Below are positions 8,227-15,737 of a DNA stretch of 64,000 nucleotides, one piece after another. The position numbers were made by a program, and so were the translations under genes. The notes below the pieces were generated by a model. The model worked only from the letters and a program-made list of their open reading frames with translations. It made no database searches and had not been told where the DNA came from. Positions within the stretch are counted from its first letter, which is position 1. Every line of letters starts with the position of its first letter. The stretch is from a virus, in IMG/VR virus record IMGVR_UViG_3300035137_000026, positions 32,001-96,000 of that record; one strand, 5' to 3'.

Positions 8227-8721
8227 TTACCTCCAACTGGTGTCGCCCTCTAGGGTATAGACGACAACCTCTACATCTTGGGCAAGGAGGGTTTCTTTGA
8301 TAAGGCCCTCTATGACCTGCCATGTGCCGCCTGCTAGCCCGCAACCAATACGGGGAATATGTACACTGGCTTCTTGTTGCTTAGCATGTGTGGCTAGCTT
8401 GTTAAGGCACTGGCGGACCCTGTCGTATCTGATTGGAGGGATGTTTCCGTAGGGCTTGGTGTCGTGTTGTCCGATCATGTTGCAGACGTAAGTGTCGTCC
8501 TCAACCTGGACAAGTTGTGTCATGCCGAGAGTAAAATCTGGCATGTCATCTGCACCTTTTGCCCAGTGGCGATAACTCTTCTCGGGAAGCTCCCACTTGT
8601 TTGAAAGGGCAACCACGAAGCCACGACCCCATCTGCCTTTGTTGTTGCAGATGTGTGCAATAATTTTGTTTCCGTCGCCTTGTGGCTCGAGAGTATCACC
8701 TGTTACGTACTTGATCGTCAT
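8227..8721 (-). CDS. Macrodomain ADP-ribosylhydrolase, SCO6735-like (TARG1/DarG class)
   Basis: IKYVTGD, IIAHICNNKGRWGRGFVVAL, YVCNMIGQH, SVHIPRIGCGLAGGTW; closely matches my recollection of Streptomyces SCO6735, including its Gln motif. Confidence 0.88.
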   Translation of the reverse strand: MTIKYVTGDTLEPQGDGNKIIAHICNNKGRWGRGFVVALSNKWELPEKSYRHWAKGADDMPDFTLGMTQLVQVEDDTYVCNMIGQHDTKPYGNIPPIRYDRVRQCLNKLATHAKQQEASVHIPRIGCGLAGGTWQVIEGLIKETLLAQDVEVVVYTLEGDTSWR

Positions 8722-10028
8722 TAACTGATCTCTTCTGGGTCGACGTATTCGTCGTTATTCTTAGCAATACCTTCTAGCTCACAGAACCAGAAGCTCTTAT
8801 ATTTGTAGTGAGTCTCTACATTAGGAGCTTCTACTCTGAGAACGATACCTTCTCTGATATGGTCAGTATCGAGTAGAGAATTCCCTTGGGATAGTTCCTC
8901 ACATAGTTCTAGTAACTTACTACTATCACCATCATAAATGAATGGTTCTTTAATCTGTGGAACTGTGTCTAGTCCTAGCTCTCTACAACGTGTAACCATC
9001 TGTGTCCATGGTAATTCAGTTACCTCTCTACCTGGACCAGTTCTGGTGATTCTGTAGACTGCAATCTTGTATGTTCCTGGGTCGCAACCATATTTGTACA
9101 CCATCTTGGTTCCATACTTCTTCTTGAGTTTGGAGTCTTTGATGTTGTGCGCACCCATAATCAGGGCACCATCTTCAGAGTACCCTACAATTTCGTAGTA
9201 TAGGGTTTCTCCATCTTGAAGTCCTATATCCCTGATTTTATTATGGATAGTTGCTCTGAATTGTTTACCAGAGTAGTATCCTCCGTCGTCCACTTGTTTA
9301 GGGTCCAGGACCACACGTCGGGAACCAGTGACGTACTTGTACTCGCTGGTCTTAAATTTCTCTCCAAATATTTTATTCCAGGTTCTCTTGAACCAACCGA
9401 GTTCCTTAACCTGACGAAGCTTTCCTGTGCGTGCAGAAGTACCATGTATCTTCTCAGAGATTGAGAGTATTGCTCCAGCTGGGATGAGGTCTACCATCAT
9501 CCTAAGCTTCTGTGTATTGAAGTGCTCACGGAAGTCTGGGAATGATTCCTTTAGGATTCTCTTTGAGCTGCGGCGATCCTTATTTGTCCCACTCCCCATC
9601 ATCTTTCTAGTAGCTGGGGTGTAGTACTTATTACAGATTGGCTTACCATTTAGCTCATCGATTAGGTCACCTTTGGTGAGCCTCTCTATATCAAAGCCAG
9701 TCCACTTGAGCATCTTTAAAGGAACCCAGTAGCCCATAGACATTTCTTTACGAAACCTTTGTGCTCTCACACGTCGGTTGTCATCAAAGAATCCAGCCTT
9801 AGCTTCTGGGTTGGCATTTAGGTGTGTGTGCCTATGTAAGTTATTTCGCTGGCACATCTCCAAGCTTAGCTGTCCGTCTTCAGGAAAGAAGATGCCTAGC
9901 GTGCCTTCTACTATATCTGTAGAGATGATAACTTGATGCCCAGCGGCAGTACCCAGCATAAGCCTATCGGCATTAGAGTGAGATCTTATGTTCACGATAG
10001 GTGTAATAATTGCTTTATAGTTACTCAT
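8721..10028 (-). CDS. ATP-dependent RNA ligase (Rnl2/DRB0094-like) with N-terminal OB-like module
   Basis: N-terminal I..HSNADRL; nucleotidyltransferase motifs EKIHGTSAR, YYEIVG, YRI, REGIVLR, YKYKSF. Confidence 0.85.
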   Translation of the reverse strand: MSNYKAIITPIVNIRSHSNADRLMLGTAAGHQVIISTDIVEGTLGIFFPEDGQLSLEMCQRNNLHRHTHLNANPEAKAGFFDDNRRVRAQRFRKEMSMGYWVPLKMLKWTGFDIERLTKGDLIDELNGKPICNKYYTPATRKMMGSGTNKDRRSSKRILKESFPDFREHFNTQKLRMMVDLIPAGAILSISEKIHGTSARTGKLRQVKELGWFKRTWNKIFGEKFKTSEYKYVTGSRRVVLDPKQVDDGGYYSGKQFRATIHNKIRDIGLQDGETLYYEIVGYSEDGALIMGAHNIKDSKLKKKYGTKMVYKYGCDPGTYKIAVYRITRTGPGREVTELPWTQMVTRCRELGLDTVPQIKEPFIYDGDSSKLLELCEELSQGNSLLDTDHIREGIVLRVEAPNVETHYKYKSFWFCELEGIAKNNDEYVDPEEIS

Positions 10029-10073
10029 CTGTAAGTACCTCTAGTAGTTATTAGATCTTGCCATACGAACCTC

Positions 10074-10346
10074 TTAGTCTTCTACTGGCATCCACTTTCT
10101 AATGGTGACCTCTTTTTCTTCTACCTCTACGATTTCACTATCGTATTGGTACTCATAGTCCGTGAAGTAACTTCCTGATCTACTGGCCGATACTTTCCAG
10201 CAAGTACCATCTGCGTCTCTGAAAATTTTGGTACCAAATGAGTATTTTCCCTCATCAGTGAAACCGATATCCTTGACTAATTTATAATCAGAATGCTCTT
10301 CGTCAAAGATGCTTTCTACTTCTTCTTCTGTAAGTTTCTTCTTCAT
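10074..10346 (-). CDS. Hypothetical acidic protein
   Basis: GGAG SD then MKKKLTEEE; the track start at 10364 lies inside the tRNA 3' end. Confidence 0.7.
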   Translation of the reverse strand: MKKKLTEEEVESIFDEEHSDYKLVKDIGFTDEGKYSFGTKIFRDADGTCWKVSASRSGSYFTDYEYQYDSEIVEVEEKEVTIRKWMPVED

Positions 10347-10358
10347 TCTATTGCTCCT

Positions 10359-10444
10359 TGGCACATCCGGCAGGACTCGAACCTGCAGTGCTTTTCAGCG
10401 CCGGATTAGAAGTCCGGTGGGTTATCCGGTTACCCTACGGATGC
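10359..10444 (-). tRNA. tRNA-Arg(TCT) with a 14-nt variable arm and encoded CCA
   Basis: GCATCCG/CGGATGT acceptor, GGGT/ACCC D stem with A after GG, CCGGA-CTTCTAA-TCCGG, variable CGCTGAAAAGCACT, GCAGG-TTCGAGT-CCTGC, G73-CCA. Confidence 0.93.
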
Positions 10445-10453
10445 ATTATCTGA

Positions 10454-10552
10454 TTACTTTGATCTGTGAGCTTTCTCTTTCTTTACATTTCCTCCAGCTT
10501 CAAACTTGTCTGTATTGATGTCGAACTTTAGTTCTACTTTTGGATCAGACAT
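10454..10552 (-). CDS. 32-aa small protein MSDPKVELKFDINTDKFEAGGNVKKEKAHRSK
   Basis: GAGG SD; overlaps the upstream ORF end and stops just before the tRNA. Confidence 0.45.
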   Translation of the reverse strand: MSDPKVELKFDINTDKFEAGGNVKKEKAHRSK

Positions 10553-10688
10553 TCTGTCCTCTATGTGATGTAAGCATATCTAACAGATTCATCTTGCTAG
10601 GTAACTCGAATAGGTCCCAGTTACCAGACACCTTACAGGTGGCAAGAAACATACCAGTGTTTCTGTCTTAGAATAAGTATAGATGCAT
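10545..10688 (-). pseudogene. Small gene with in-frame TAA at codon 7 (10668-10670)
   Basis: MHLYLF*DRNTGMFLATCKVSGNWDLFELPSKMNLLDMLTSHRGQNV*; start and end both overlap neighbours. Confidence 0.45.
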
Positions 10689-11119
10689 CACTTACCTAAT
10701 ATCTTTCCTAAGCATGGTATACAGAAATACCAACTATGCCATTTACCTTCAAAGATTGCTTTATCTACTCATGCTTTTTCTCCAGGATGGATTAAATGTC
10801 TTACCTTTCCTATCTTAGAGAGATGACGGATATGATTCTTCTTTACTCTTACAATGCGACTAGACTTTAGCCTTAGGTCTGTATCATAGTCGCCATCAAA
10901 CAGATCTACTGTCAGTAGGTCTTTATAGTATTCGAGTTTTAGCTCTCTGGATTCCTTGTTAACTTTATACCAGCTATTATCTTCATATGCTCTTTCAGCC
11001 AGTTCTGCATAAGGAGCTAGCCTTTTACGAACATATGGCTCATGTATCATAAGGGTATGTTCTGGAGGAATTCCATGAATATATGTGAAGAGTTCTCTTA
11101 TCAGGTTGGTAAAGCTCAT
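10688..11119 (-). pseudogene. Hypothetical gene (start MSFTNL at 11119) with in-frame TGA at 10769-10771
   Basis: Continues *VDKAIFEGKWHSWYFCIPCLGKILGK* and ends in a TGATG overlap with the next start. Confidence 0.5.
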
Positions 11120-11129
11120 TATCTTACCT

Positions 11130-11478
11130 TGGTGGACCCATGTGGCATCGAACCGCAGTCCAAACACTATCCATGTATAGATCGTTACATGCTTAGTCTA
11201 CTCTATCCAACCATCTACCAGTGGATATCATAAATGGAGGTTTTGTCTTTTGTGTTTCGCCGCTGATATAAAGACAAACTCTGGCGGCTAGTTACATTAA
11301 ATTGCGCCTCGTCCAAATATGTAATCTCATTGGATTTGGCGGCTAGTTTGCTTACGCAGTGGCTAGCATAGGTTGTACATCGTTGCCGATTGTACTTTGG
11401 TTACTTTCTAATCTGGTACAACCATCCAGGGCATGCACTATAAGCTTCATTAGTACCCGTCGAAGCTATGTCAAGCCC
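11130..11478 (-). ncRNA. ssrA: tmRNA, 349 nt; predicted tag (A)GNDVQPMLATA at 11387-11352
   Basis: 5' GGGCTTGACATAGCTTCGACGGG...GTGCATGCC; 3' GACTAAGCATGTA...GGACTGCGGTTCGATGCCACATGGGTCCACCA; G3-U70 pair and A73-CCA (Ala identity); resume context TACAATC-GGC AAC GAT. Confidence 0.92.
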
Positions 11479-11479
11479 A

Positions 11480-11743
11480 TTATTGGTGTACTTTGACCAA
11501 CCTTAGATCATTATCATGTTCTACCCTATCGTGCAACGTTTTTACGTTTTGGAATAGTTGCCGAAGGTGTTCCATGCAGTGTTTCGCCCATTTGTCTGAC
11601 TCGGAGAGATATTTGTCTTCTGTGTTTGGGATAGGCTGTGGATACATATTCAAACTACTCTGGGCACTAATGATTTCACACATTATGCCTTGGAGAGCAG
11701 TTGCTAAGGTATCATCCTTATTTATTGTTAGCGGCTTTGACAT
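11480..11743 (-). CDS. Hypothetical protein (start MSKPLT at 11743)
   Basis: ORF ends 2 nt before the tmRNA 5' end. Confidence 0.6.
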   Translation of the reverse strand: MSKPLTINKDDTLATALQGIMCEIISAQSSLNMYPQPIPNTEDKYLSESDKWAKHCMEHLRQLFQNVKTLHDRVEHDNDLRLVKVHQ

Positions 11744-11745
11744 TA

Positions 11746-12153
11746 CTATTCTTTCCCATTGACTTTTAGCCATATCTCAGCATTACTAGGAATGGGCGTA
11801 ACTCCTTGTTTCCTCAGGCGAAACTCCCATCCTTTGCCACTAGCACATCTAAGTGGATAATGGTGTGGCTACTTGTCTTCTAGAACCTTTGGGATTATGT
11901 ATACTGTGATGTCTTTTCCATGCTTCTCCCATGTTCTGAACTCGAACTTGATGGTATTCTGGCGGCTATTCAGATTAGTCGTGGTACATCCGTGGGCGAT
12001 TCCATTGCTGTAGAGTATGGCTCCACCACCAAGGAGGGGATCGCCATAATTATTTCGCATGTGGAGCTAACCGCAAATGTAGTCATTGTTGGCTGTTGTA
12101 GTCAAGCTAACTGTTGATAATACCAACAGAATTGTGGCAATTGTTCTCTTCAT
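11746..12153 (-). pseudogene. Secreted-protein gene with two in-frame TAG codons (12067-12069 and 11869-11871)
   Basis: Signal peptide MKRTIATILLVLSTVSLTTTA; one frame throughout: ...ICG*LHMRNNYG...VLEDK*PHHYPL...AEIWLKVNGKE*, ending 2 nt before the next ATG. Confidence 0.6.
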
Positions 12154-12373
12154 GGTGTCTTCTGTTTTGTGGGAAATATTACCCTGTTTTTCCCACAAGA
12201 CTGTGGGAAGGGTAAAGGTGCTGGTTTTTGTCCCTAACACGTTCCCTGGTCATCTTTGGAGGGTGGCCGAGTGGAAAGCACCCTGTGACCTGTATGGGGG
12301 TTGTTAACCTCACCGTCCGTGCTCCGCAACTGGATTTGCTAGGGTCGCTAGGATAAACCAGCAAACCTAATTA

Positions 12374-12677
12374 GTCTGCAGTTTTAGGTCGTACAGTGGA
12401 CCGGGAGCAACACCAGAATGGTAATATGGCCCTCTACCATGGCAGCTATTTAGCGTCAGCTCCGAGACATGGAGGAATAGGCCTGCCCTTAGAGTACTGT
12501 GTGTTGTGCTCCAGGCTTGTCAGTGTGTCAGGATTCCATTACTCTTCTAAGGTCCCAAACCAACGGCGGACCAACGTGAGAAGAGGTAAGATCCTGAATG
12601 GGTTAGCGTATTCCTCCGTCTGTGAATCTGTTCTTAACCATGTATTCCGACCTATGTGGTCTTATGAACTAGCAGAC
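12374..12677. ncRNA. Unidentified multi-helix structured RNA (minus strand by context)
   Basis: Nested complementary segments: 12374-79/12672-77, 12380-83/12667-70, 12385-91/12648-54, 12465-79/12609-21, 12529-34/12591-96, 12542-48/12579-85, 12551-55/12568-72, 12418-23/12435-40; no convincing ORF. Confidence 0.6.
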
Positions 12678-12681
12678 AGAT

Positions 12682-12757
12682 TGAAAGGGGTTGGATTTGA
12701 ACCAACGTTTCCGGGCATCACACCGTGGGTGTCTTAGGCCGCTAGATGACCCTTTCA
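12682..12757 (-). pseudogene. tRNA-like element (Asp/Glu-type D arm) with an unpaired anticodon arm
   Basis: Acceptor GAAAGGG/CCCTTTC, D region TCATCTAGCGGCCTAAGAC, T arm GTTGG-TTCAAAT-CCAAC; anticodon stem does not pair. Confidence 0.65.
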
Positions 12758-12868
12758 GTTAGGCCAGTTTGACCCCTGACCCAAGGGTTCTCCAAGGAGT
12801 TGGTGGGATGGCTGGGGGCAAGCCGTTTGTCTCCCACTAACTAGAAACATTCTAGTTATAACTAATAA

Positions 12869-13396
12869 CTAATAGTACTCTCCGTCTTCATTGGAGTTGT
12901 GGAAGTACCTATCCTCTAGGTTAAGGTCATCTATAAGTCCGGTGGTCTCGCTTAACTGCAACATTGCCTCTGTAATAAATTTGGTCGTGGCTTCATGGTT
13001 CGGTTCTACTATATATTCTTCTGGTTCAGGTTTATCTGTCCATGTTCTGACTATGACTGGCCAGAATGTATTGTTTGCGAGTCCTTCTTGAGTCTTCTTG
13101 ACTGTTACTTCTCTCCCTTGTGCTTTCCTTAGGTGTGGGACTAGCACACATTTTGGTGTAAGCTTGGCTACAACTGCGTAGCCCGAGCTGAGGTCGTACC
13201 TCCTCTTACCAATGCTGTATGATACGCCAGTTACTAGGACATCTTCGCCTTCTACGTCATCGGCTGGGTGTCCCTGTATCCAGGGGAACCATTTTTTACC
13301 CTTTGGTAGGTATTCTTTACCTTTACAGATAGCACTGACGGGCAGTGATCTGCCTGGGGTTACTTTCCTATCCTTCAGGAAGATACTAATCTCCAT
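12869..13396 (-). CDS. Hypothetical protein (likely start MEISIFLK at 13396)
   Basis: GAGGAGG SD before ATG 13396; the longer track ORF overlaps the upstream gene. Confidence 0.7.
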   Translation of the reverse strand: MEISIFLKDRKVTPGRSLPVSAICKGKEYLPKGKKWFPWIQGHPADDVEGEDVLVTGVSYSIGKRRYDLSSGYAVVAKLTPKCVLVPHLRKAQGREVTVKKTQEGLANNTFWPVIVRTWTDKPEPEEYIVEPNHEATTKFITEAMLQLSETTGLIDDLNLEDRYFHNSNEDGEYY

Positions 13397-15539
13397 TGGT
13401 AGCCTCCTCGTATGTCCTGAGGGTTGGTATTTCTGTGTGTCCGAGCTGCCAGATAATCCGGCCGCACTGTTCACATTCCAGCCCCAGCAACCCTTTACCA
13501 GGGATGTGGGCTCCGCTCTGGTTACTGCCTGACTGCGTAATCTCGTACCATTTGAGTTTGCCAATGGCTTGAGCTGGTATTGCCTGTACATGTAGTGCTG
13601 GTACTCTCTTGGCCTCGTCGGCTGAAAGGCACTTGACATGAGTACATGGCAGTGAGGCCTCGATGTTAGTTTCCCTAGAGCTTGTAACCTGCTCTCGGAG
13701 CTGCTCGTACAGGACCTCTCGTCCGAGCAAATGACGCCTAAGCCTTGCGCAGCTTTTGCTCCATCTGGCTTCGTCAGTTATGGAGATTCTGTCTATCAGG
13801 CTAGGGTGGAAGTCGAAAGTCTTGACGAACCTCCACTTGGGAACCAGTTCACCACTCTTATCCCGGAAGAAGCCTCCATCCTTATGCATTGTATAGCGTG
13901 GTGGGTCGTATAGCCTAGCTTCACGCTTCCACTTACGATGTTGCGCCCATGCCATATAGGCCTTCAGGTCGTAGAGGTTATCAATACGGCTGAAGTGCTT
14001 AGCCAGTAGGTCAAGTACCTTGCGGCGCTCTTCGCTAGACTCCCGATTCAGCTTGAGCCTAGCTTTGATGATGTCTACCATCTTATAGATGGAGTCCCAT
14101 TGCTTCTTAGTCAGGAATTCTTCGGTGAATGCCTGCGCTCTGCGTTGTAGCCATATGCTATCTTTGTGTGAGCTGAAGTGGCTGACTACCTGACCATTGT
14201 TGTTGCGCTCGCCAAGGTTGACTTTCTTTCGTCGGTCGAACCATACCCAGACGGCTATTCGTAGCTGTTCTTCGTCTCCCTTCTTATTTTCTCTCCACTC
14301 ACGGATAAATTCTTCTCGGGCGATACTCAGAGCTGAACGGTGAATAACATCTCCGGTTTTGCGGTCAATATGGTCATTAATAGACCAGTTAGCCCACAAT
14401 ACTTTGTCCGAATGGTACATGCCACGAATCTTGCCGAGGAATCCACCAGAACGGCTACGCTGGCCTGTCATTGGGTCAGTAATCCAGGGTCCATAGAGGT
14501 CCCGTTCACTATCACAGCTTGCTGCTTCGCCAAGTAGCTGGTAGAAAAACTCTACCCTGTTTTCTGCTGCTACTTCTGTGTTGAACACTTCTGGCAACCT
14601 AATGCCTTTGTGGATTCTCCTTGGCTGTGAGTAGCCATAGCCACAGTATGGTGAATTTATACATGTGGTTATGTTGCGCCCGACCTCTCGGTCTAGAGCT
14701 TGTTCATATTGAAGCGTTAGTAGTGTCTGCTCTTGGTCAGTTGTAGCTTTGCTAATTAGCTCCCTGAATGTGTCAGTGATAGTTCTGATAGCGGCTTTGG
14801 TCTCGTCGTCTAGCTCTGGCAGTACTGTTGCTGTTGTGCGGGGGTCGTACCGCATTACGACCTCATCGTCGGACTGTTGAAAAGCTGTCTCAGTGTCATC
14901 GTCAGTGTATTCGTCACCCAGGACTGGGTTCTCAGAGCCGCTGGCTACTGCCGAGACGTCGGTTTCTACTCTAGTAGCAAATGGGCTGTGGTATACGTTG
15001 TGGTCTTGGCCTTTGCTATCGTAGGCGATAGCTCCGAGGATGTCGCTGACTCTCTCGGACTCTGTTTCTGGTAATACTATTCCCAGGGCTTCGAGATACA
15101 ATCTGCTGGCAGATGGCCTCTCGTTGAAAGTCTCTATATCGGCCTCTGATCTATCCGAGCCCCACTCGTTGTATTCGTAGACTTGCGTGATTGGGTCAAC
15201 AACGGCGAATAGTGCAGAATTGCTACGGTTAATGAACCATTTATCTGGATCGCCGAGGACGAACTTCAATGACTGTGGAAGCTCGTCTGTTTTGGTGCGG
15301 GCATCGCCGTAGATAATCTCGTCGTTTGCTTCCTGTAGGAGCATAAGCTCAGGAGTGTATGACCTCCTGTCGCCAGCTACATGTTCTGGTGGGGTTTTTG
15401 TCTTGGTTATATGCCAAGCTTTAACATCTTCTGGCGATGCTTCTACTCTCAGCCAGCCATGACGAGTCCAGACCAGCTTGGATGGCTGAGATGCCTTATG
15501 ACGGTTTCGTGCTCCATTGGAGATAGAATGCCTGTTCAT
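13386..15539 (-). CDS. Large hypothetical protein, 717 aa
   Basis: Long ORF with GGAGG-like SD; no family recognised; C-terminal Cys pairs (CTHVKC, CEQC). Confidence 0.8.
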   Translation of the reverse strand: MNRHSISNGARNRHKASQPSKLVWTRHGWLRVEASPEDVKAWHITKTKTPPEHVAGDRRSYTPELMLLQEANDEIIYGDARTKTDELPQSLKFVLGDPDKWFINRSNSALFAVVDPITQVYEYNEWGSDRSEADIETFNERPSASRLYLEALGIVLPETESERVSDILGAIAYDSKGQDHNVYHSPFATRVETDVSAVASGSENPVLGDEYTDDDTETAFQQSDDEVVMRYDPRTTATVLPELDDETKAAIRTITDTFRELISKATTDQEQTLLTLQYEQALDREVGRNITTCINSPYCGYGYSQPRRIHKGIRLPEVFNTEVAAENRVEFFYQLLGEAASCDSERDLYGPWITDPMTGQRSRSGGFLGKIRGMYHSDKVLWANWSINDHIDRKTGDVIHRSALSIAREEFIREWRENKKGDEEQLRIAVWVWFDRRKKVNLGERNNNGQVVSHFSSHKDSIWLQRRAQAFTEEFLTKKQWDSIYKMVDIIKARLKLNRESSEERRKVLDLLAKHFSRIDNLYDLKAYMAWAQHRKWKREARLYDPPRYTMHKDGGFFRDKSGELVPKWRFVKTFDFHPSLIDRISITDEARWSKSCARLRRHLLGREVLYEQLREQVTSSRETNIEASLPCTHVKCLSADEAKRVPALHVQAIPAQAIGKLKWYEITQSGSNQSGAHIPGKGLLGLECEQCGRIIWQLGHTEIPTLRTYEEATNGD

Positions 15540-15681
15540 ATGCCCTCCTTACTTACAGGCTAACAGCTGCTACTTTAGATTGAAGTAGAATGCAACAATT
15601 AAGCAAAATACTCTATCTGCATATCAGCTGTGTGTTGGTGTTCTGATTATATTACTCCTTTCAGTGGGAAAGGCATCCCGA

Positions 15682-15709
15682 CCGGCTCTCGGGTGGGTTT
15701 GAGAGCCGG
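15682..15709. terminator. GC-rich 9-bp hairpin downstream of the SSB-like gene
   Basis: CCGGCTCTC/GAGAGCCGG with a 10-nt loop; no clear U-tract. Confidence 0.35.
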
Positions 15710-15737
15710 CCAGGACACCCATTGGGGGAGATGGGAA

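Noticed and set aside
12258-12319. Plus-strand tRNA-Ser/Tyr-like sequence GGAGGGTGGCCGAGTGG...ACCGTCC
   Set aside because: No TTC T-loop, no anticodon stem, too short, and antisense to all neighbouring genes
12374-12677. Identification of the structured RNA as RNase P, SRP, 6S or a group I intron
   Set aside because: GAGGAA is present but not GAGGAAAGUCC or the ACAGAA...GCUUA partner; no SRP helix-8 motif; too long and branched for 6S; CAGACUA has no downstream P7 partner
13397-13639. N-terminal 81 aa of track ORF 12869..13639
   Set aside because: Overlaps the 717-aa gene in another frame; a strong SD marks ATG 13396 as the start
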